Shown: piece after piece, positions 58,879 through 64,000 of the stretch
Numbering within the stretch: the first letter of the stretch is position 1
Layout of the letters: each line of letters begins with the position of its first letter
Source: Leptospira sp.
GTDB lineage: Bacteria; Spirochaetota; Leptospiria; Leptospirales; Leptospiraceae
Reading direction: 5' to 3'
DNA length: 64,000 nt
NCBI GenBank assembly: GCA_034439575.1
Contig: JAWXAQ010000007.1
Span: forward strand, 96,001 to 160,000
Notes under the pieces: generated by a model
What the model was told of the DNA's origin: nothing
What the model saw: only the letters and a program-made list of their open reading frames with translations
Databases searched by the model: none
Program-made: the position numbers and the translations under genes

Positions 58879-59292
58879 ATGGAAAGAACTTTCATTATGC
58901 TAAAACCTGATGCTGTTAAAAACAAGCATATAGGTGACATCCTTCAAAGAATTGAAAAAGAAGGATTTAAAATTCTAGGATTAAAATTCCTTAAACTCAG
59001 TTTAGAAGACGCGAAACAGTTTTATAAAGTACACTCTGCTCGCCCTTTTTACAATGACCTTTGTAACTACATGGCATCTGGTCCTATAGTTGCTGCTGCC
59101 CTCGAGAGAGATAACGCTGTATTACATTGGAGAGATGTTATCGGTGCTACGGATCCTAAAGAAGCAAAAGCTGGAACGATCAGAGCCTTATTTGCAGAAA
59201 GCAAAGAAGCAAATGCGGTTCATGGATCAGATTCCGTTGACAATGCATTGCAAGAAATTGCATTTTTCTTTAAAGGTTACGAGCTTAACTAA
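58879..59292 (+). CDS. ndk: Nucleoside diphosphate kinase
   Basis: '[12 protein letters not shown]', 'GATDP', 'GTIR', 'NAVHGSDS'. Confidence 0.98.
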   Translation: MERTFIMLKPDAVKNKHIGDILQRIEKEGFKILGLKFLKLSLEDAKQFYKVHSARPFYNDLCNYMASGPIVAAALERDNAVLHWRDVIGATDPKEAKAGTIRALFAESKEANAVHGSDSVDNALQEIAFFFKGYELN

Positions 59293-59299
59293 AAAAATT

Positions 59300-59327
59300 T
59301 ACCGGCCTGTTTTTTTACAGGTCGGTA
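59300..59327. terminator. Hairpin after ndk (terminator or mRNA stabiliser)
   Basis: TACCGGCCTGT-tttttt-ACAGGTCGGTA; A tract upstream, no U tract on +. Confidence 0.5.
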
Positions 59328-59338
59328 GGTATATGTAA

Positions 59339-60283
59339 ATGAATGCATTTCTACTTTCTGTTGATAATGCTAAATCACTTTTTGACTCTTTTTTCCTTCC
59401 CTTTATAAAATCTATACTTTCATCTTATTCAAATTCTCGCGTAAGTGATGCATGTTTATATAGTTTGGAAGCTGGTGGAAAACGCATTCGACCAATTATT
59501 GCCATTAACAGTTATTATGGGAAAAATCCTTTTCCGAATACATTTTTTGAAAATTTATCCCAACAAAATATTTTATATATAGCTTCTGCCTTAGAATGCC
59601 TCCACACCTATTCTTTAATTCATGATGATTTGCCATCTATGGATGATGATGATTTAAGAAGAGGAAGGCCCACATGCCACAAACAATTTGATGTTCCCAC
59701 AGCCATTCTAGCAGGGGATGCGCTTAATTCATTAGGATTTTACATTTTAAGTTTGCTTGAAGTAGATACTAGTACTTTAAAATCTTGTTTCGCCTATTTA
59801 CATGAAGGTGTTGGAATTCCAGGAATGATCACAGGCCAAATGGAAGATCTGCAAGAGGAAGGAAAAGCGCTAGTTTCCATCATAGAAAAAAATATTTCTA
59901 GAGAAGATCGTTTAGAATCCATTCATTCTAAAAAAACTGGAGCCTTAATCGTTGCTAGTTTTTTGCTTGGCAATAGGTTACGCGAAGACTATTCAGATAG
60001 AGAAAATTTAATTCGTCAATATGGTAAAGAAATTGGTCTCTTGTTCCAGATAACAGATGATATATTGGATGTTGAAGGAAATGAATTAGAAATCGGCAAA
60101 ACACCAGGAAAAGACCAAAGATCTGGAAAATTGACCTACCCTGCATTATATGGCATGGAACAATCCAAAAAATTACGAGAAAACACTAAAGAAAAAGCCA
60201 TCTCTATCGCCAAACAACTAAAAGAAGAAGATAATTCATTTTTGATCGGATTTCCAAATTACCTTGCAGAACGAAAAAATTAG
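59339..60283 (+). CDS. ispA: Polyprenyl (farnesyl/geranylgeranyl) diphosphate synthase
   Basis: 'GGKRIRP', FARM 'HDDLPSMDDDDLRRG', 'KTG', SARM 'FQITDDILD'. Confidence 0.92.
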   Translation: MNAFLLSVDNAKSLFDSFFLPFIKSILSSYSNSRVSDACLYSLEAGGKRIRPIIAINSYYGKNPFPNTFFENLSQQNILYIASALECLHTYSLIHDDLPSMDDDDLRRGRPTCHKQFDVPTAILAGDALNSLGFYILSLLEVDTSTLKSCFAYLHEGVGIPGMITGQMEDLQEEGKALVSIIEKNISREDRLESIHSKKTGALIVASFLLGNRLREDYSDRENLIRQYGKEIGLLFQITDDILDVEGNELEIGKTPGKDQRSGKLTYPALYGMEQSKKLRENTKEKAISIAKQLKEEDNSFLIGFPNYLAERKN

Positions 60284-61034
60284 ACTGGATATTTTTTTGC
60301 AGTCTTCGGATTTAATCCCCGAAAAACATTTAATTCCATCCTTTATCCTTTCTGGATCCATCCTTGTCAATGACCGTGTTATCACAAAGCCAGGCACCTT
60401 AATCCACAAAACAGACATAGTACGAATTAAGGAAAAAATTAAAAAATATGTTTCAAGAGGTGCTTATAAATTAATCGGTGCCTTTGATGCTTTTAAAGAT
60501 ATCGATATAAATGAAAAAGTTTGTTTAGATTTAGGGGCTTCAACTGGTGGATTCACTCAAATTCTTTTAGAAAAAAATGCAAAGCATGTATACGCAGTTG
60601 ATGTCGGTTATGGCCAATTAGCACAAAAACTAGCAAATGATAAACGAGTTACTGTATTTGATAGAACTCACATCAAAGATCTTCACTTTTCAGAATTACA
60701 TTTTCCAAATGAAAAATATTTTGTTTGTATGGATTTAAGCTTTATTTCATTAACAGCTGTCTTTCCATATCTTTCTAATCTAATTCAAGAATCAAATTTA
60801 GAATATTGGGAGGGAGTCTCATTGATTAAACCTCAATTTGAATTACCGTCTCGTTATTTAGAAAAAGGTATTGTTCGAGATCGTTTTATTCAGCTTATTG
60901 CCATAAGACACGTTTGGCGAGAGATAAAAAGACAAAATCCAAATTTCTGTTTTGTAGCATTGGCCGAATCACCTATACAGGGTACAGATGGAAATCATGA
61001 ATTTTTATTAAGATGGAAATGGAAAAGATCGTAG
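60264..61034 (+). CDS. tlyA: TlyA-family rRNA 2'-O-methyltransferase
   Basis: S4 'RLD', 'YVSRG..KL', 'DLGASTGGFT', 'DLSFISL', 'LIKPQFE', 'SPI.G..GN.EF'. Confidence 0.93.
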   Translation: MQNEKIRLDIFLQSSDLIPEKHLIPSFILSGSILVNDRVITKPGTLIHKTDIVRIKEKIKKYVSRGAYKLIGAFDAFKDIDINEKVCLDLGASTGGFTQILLEKNAKHVYAVDVGYGQLAQKLANDKRVTVFDRTHIKDLHFSELHFPNEKYFVCMDLSFISLTAVFPYLSNLIQESNLEYWEGVSLIKPQFELPSRYLEKGIVRDRFIQLIAIRHVWREIKRQNPNFCFVALAESPIQGTDGNHEFLLRWKWKRS

Positions 61035-61048
61035 GATACTTTGTTATA

Positions 61049-61414
61049 CTAATTGAAGAATGAGGAAATTGATTCTCTGAGTTGGTCGGTTGTGAAAGGT
61101 TTAAGCAAGATATGGTAAGTGGGAATTTTCCGTATTTTGTTTTGATGGTCTTCAGCTAAATTGCCAGTCAGAAAAAGAATCGGTACTGAAAATCTTTCCA
61201 ACAATGAGTCGGCAGTTTCCATGCCATCAAGGCTACCTTCCAAATTTATATCCATTAGGATCAAATCGGGTACTCGTTCAGATACGACTTGGAAAGCCTC
61301 ATCTCCAGATGGAACTACGGCGATTACGTGGTGTCCAAAAGACTCAATTTTTTGTTTTATATTGAGTCCGAGGAAGGGTTCATCCTCAACCACCAAAACA
61401 TTTATTTTCGCCAT
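61049..61414 (-). CDS. Single-domain response regulator
   Basis: 'VVEDE', 'PDLILMDINL', 'FLTG', 'KPF'. Confidence 0.9.
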   Translation of the reverse strand: MAKINVLVVEDEPFLGLNIKQKIESFGHHVIAVVPSGDEAFQVVSERVPDLILMDINLEGSLDGMETADSLLERFSVPILFLTGNLAEDHQNKIRKIPTYHILLKPFTTDQLRESISSFFN

Positions 61415-61506
61415 ATTGACTCCATTTTATAGTGGGGGGTCGGTTATGAAGTAAAAATCTTTTTCATTTTGTAAAAGTAATGCCTTAACACCCGTCAGGA
61501 AAATCC

Positions 61507-62379
61507 CTAATACTTTATAGAAAAATTTCTAATTTGAATGGCAATTTCTTTCGGTTTTTCCAGGTGAATCGCGTGTTTTGCCTTAGGTAACCAAATGATA
61601 TTGGACTTACTTATGTACGTTTTCATTTTTTTTATCATGGAAGGAGGTGTAATTTCATCCGCTTCACCAGAAATGATCAATGTCGGAATTTTAATTCCTT
61701 TCATCGCCTTACCATGAAAAATTTCAGCTTCTCTGCTTAGGGTATTTTCTTGCAAATAAACGTTTTCCCAACTATTCCAAACGGTAACCAGTGTTCTACG
61801 TAAGAGAAAATTAGGATCGGGTGCCTCTTCCCCATACAAATGGTTTAGTAATGAAACAACATCACGTTCCGTTTTTGGAAAAAGTATCTCTTGCATTTCT
61901 TGTCTTTTAGGATGTGGCATTCCACCAGGAGCTAACATAATCAACTTTTTTATAAAACGTTTGGTATCTTTAAGAACTATATGCTGGGAAACTAAACCTC
62001 CCATTGAATGTCCTACAAGTAGAATGTTTTTTAAACCTAATGATTCAAAAGCGAGTAAAAGTAAATCTGCCCAAACATCGATTTGGTATAAATATTTTAC
62101 TTTTGGCATTCGACTCCGACCGTAACCAGGAAGATCAAAAACAAGAATATTTTTTCCTTCTCCTAACAACTCCTTAACGATTCGCCTATTGCTAAAACCT
62201 TCATCTAAAAGACCATGCAAAAAAACAATTGGACTTTCCTTATTTCCTTCAAATTTCCAATAAAAAAGTTTGTGTCCACCAAGATCTACATAAGATGGAA
62301 TACCACCCATAATTTTCATTGATTTGCTTCTCTGATATTGGTATAGTCTATATATAAGTTTATAAAAATATGAAAACAT
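61507..62379 (-). CDS. Alpha/beta-fold hydrolase
   Basis: 'FLHG', 'DLPGYGRS', nucleophile 'GHSMGG', 'GEAD', His in 'KHAIHLEKP'. Confidence 0.9.
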   Translation of the reverse strand: MFSYFYKLIYRLYQYQRSKSMKIMGGIPSYVDLGGHKLFYWKFEGNKESPIVFLHGLLDEGFSNRRIVKELLGEGKNILVFDLPGYGRSRMPKVKYLYQIDVWADLLLLAFESLGLKNILLVGHSMGGLVSQHIVLKDTKRFIKKLIMLAPGGMPHPKRQEMQEILFPKTERDVVSLLNHLYGEEAPDPNFLLRRTLVTVWNSWENVYLQENTLSREAEIFHGKAMKGIKIPTLIISGEADEITPPSMIKKMKTYISKSNIIWLPKAKHAIHLEKPKEIAIQIRNFSIKY

Positions 62380-62410
62380 ACTTAGCTAAAATTCCTTCTT
62401 AATCATCAAT

Positions 62411-63895
62411 ATGAAAGATACATTAAAATCATTCCTAGATCAGTTATTCACATCTTCTGATGTCAGTATTCTTTTAGTCGATTCTAAAAGTTTTAAAATC
62501 ATAATGATGAGTGATTCTCTAGCTATGGAACTAGAATATCAAAAAAATGAATTAGAATCATTCTCCTTATTTGACTTATTATTGTTTGGTGAAGAAAGAC
62601 ACAGCTCGAGTATAAACTCTATGGGTTCATTAGATAGAATCGATGCTAGCTGGGAATTTTTGAAAAAAGATAAATCAATAGTTCCATTATCTTTTAAATT
62701 AACTAAAATTCCAAACCCAGAAGACCCAATCGATTTTATTTTCTATTTTCAATTTTTAAATAAAACTGTGGTAAATTTAGGAAATCAAGACATTCATTTC
62801 GCAAAGGAAGCAGAAACTCTTAGAACCATTATTGCTACAATGAATAACGGTATTGTAATGGTTGATGATAATGGAATCATACAAGAGATCGCACCAATTT
62901 TCAAATTTTTACTTTTTCAATATCTTCCACTAGAAAAGGGAGATTTTATTTTTTCCTTTTTGGAAGAATCACTCCAAAAAGAATTTTTACAAGCAACCCA
63001 AGATGCCATTCATCTGATGGAAACCAAAACAAAAGAATTCAATTATACAATTCTTGAATCAGAGTACAATTTTATTGTTCGCTTCATCCCAATTAGGCGA
63101 TCCATTAAATCTCAAAAAATAATCATGCTAGTTTTTACTGATCAAACAGAAACCAAACGATTGGATAGACAGTTAATTGAGTCTATGAAATTTGTAAGTA
63201 TTGGTGAAATTGCCGCAGGATTGGCACATGAAATCAATAATCCATTACAAAGTGCACTTCTTTATCTAGATGATCTAATTCTTATAGGTGAAGATGATCC
63301 TGTCGAAAGAAAGGCGATTTTAAAAAAAATTGAATCTGCCAATTTGAGAATCAGAGATTTAGTTCGCTCCCTTCTCGATCTTGGACGCGTAGAAAGCCAA
63401 ACTCGTGATTTAGTTTCACCCTATTATATTTTGGTCCGAGCTAGTGAACTTGTCGAAGTTAGTTGTAAGAAAAAAGGTATTGAATTTGTCCGTCATGCAG
63501 GACCAAATCTTCCTGGTATCATTGTTCGTTGGCAAGAAATCGAACAAGTACTAATAAATTGTGTAGTAAATGCTATCAATGCTATATCAGAAATGGAATC
63601 TCAAAGGCAAAGTCCGAAAATAGAAATTGGTATTGATTTGATTACTTCAAACAAAAAAGATTGGGTAGTATTTTCCATAGAAGATAATGGTCCAGGAATG
63701 AACGATACAGTTTTAGATAAAGCTTTTCTACCTTTGTTCACGACTCGTCGCGATAAACAGGGCACAGGACTTGGACTTTCCATCTCTAAAAAAATAATCA
63801 ACGATCATGATGGAGAAATATTAATCAAATCTAAGTATGGTGTAGGAACCAAAATAGAGATCTATTTACCTGCACAATTGGACAAAAATGACTAA
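62411..63895 (+). CDS. PAS-containing sensor histidine kinase (NtrB-like)
   Basis: 'AGLAHEINNPL', 'QVLINCVVNA', 'DNGPG', 'FTT...GTGLGL'. Confidence 0.9.
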   Translation: MKDTLKSFLDQLFTSSDVSILLVDSKSFKIIMMSDSLAMELEYQKNELESFSLFDLLLFGEERHSSSINSMGSLDRIDASWEFLKKDKSIVPLSFKLTKIPNPEDPIDFIFYFQFLNKTVVNLGNQDIHFAKEAETLRTIIATMNNGIVMVDDNGIIQEIAPIFKFLLFQYLPLEKGDFIFSFLEESLQKEFLQATQDAIHLMETKTKEFNYTILESEYNFIVRFIPIRRSIKSQKIIMLVFTDQTETKRLDRQLIESMKFVSIGEIAAGLAHEINNPLQSALLYLDDLILIGEDDPVERKAILKKIESANLRIRDLVRSLLDLGRVESQTRDLVSPYYILVRASELVEVSCKKKGIEFVRHAGPNLPGIIVRWQEIEQVLINCVVNAINAISEMESQRQSPKIEIGIDLITSNKKDWVVFSIEDNGPGMNDTVLDKAFLPLFTTRRDKQGTGLGLSISKKIINDHDGEILIKSKYGVGTKIEIYLPAQLDKND

Positions 63896-64000
63896 GATTT
63901 TAATTATTGATGATGAAGAAGAAATAAGAATAGCTTTAAAAAGAGTTCTCACTCGAGAAGGATACGAGGTCGAGTTAGCCGACTCAGTAGAATCAGCAAT
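63888..64000 (+). CDS. Response regulator, N-terminal part (runs off the window)
   Basis: MTKILIIDDEEEIRIALKRVLTREGYEVELADS; overlaps the kinase stop. Confidence 0.85.
   Translation, partial: MTKILIIDDEEEIRIALKRVLTREGYEVELADSVESA

Noticed and set aside
60264-61034. TlyA as a haemolysin/virulence factor
   Set aside because: Sequence supports the rRNA methyltransferase fold in a housekeeping context; haemolysis cannot be inferred.
1030-63801. Numerous short (60-170 aa) ORFs nested in or antisense to long genes (e.g. 10616-10906, 21144-21560, 23005-23478, 57570-58070)
   Set aside because: Fully overlap well-supported CDSs and lack motifs; treated as shadow ORFs.

Overview
AT-rich bacterial chromosome segment, most likely from Leptospira. 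This is inferred from the spirochaete-type lipoproteins, a stand-alone FliG-C domain protein, SBBP/Ig-like surface proteins and many PAS kinases; the species cannot be determined. Housekeeping genes (metG 5' part, ruvC, rppH, acyP, pyrD, rlmD, argG, coaD, ndk, ispA, tlyA, tRNA-Pro(GGG), tRNA-Gly(TCC)) are interspersed with accessory modules. These are: a TerB-like + Tim44/zinc-ribbon membrane protein pair; a low-GC islet (polytopic membrane protein + PIN toxin-antitoxin) bounded by two direct copies of a ~105-bp intergenic repeat; an AraC / M24 metallohydrolase / two strictosidine-synthase-like lipoprotein operon next to a paraoxonase-like lipoprotein; an lvaABC/ACAD10-11-like kinase-dehydrogenase operon; an Amt ammonium transporter fused to a SpoIIE/PP2C phosphatase; an sxtI/J/K-like carbamoyltransferase module with a convergent SGNH hydrolase; and a C-N hydrolase / GADH-subunit-like / GMC oxidoreductase operon. 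A 27-nt piece of the intergenic repeat appears to supply the RBS and ATG of the AraC gene. The 3' end of tRNA-Gly is tandemly duplicated. No integrase, transposase, CRISPR array or rRNA was seen. All family calls are by motif recognition, not database searches.
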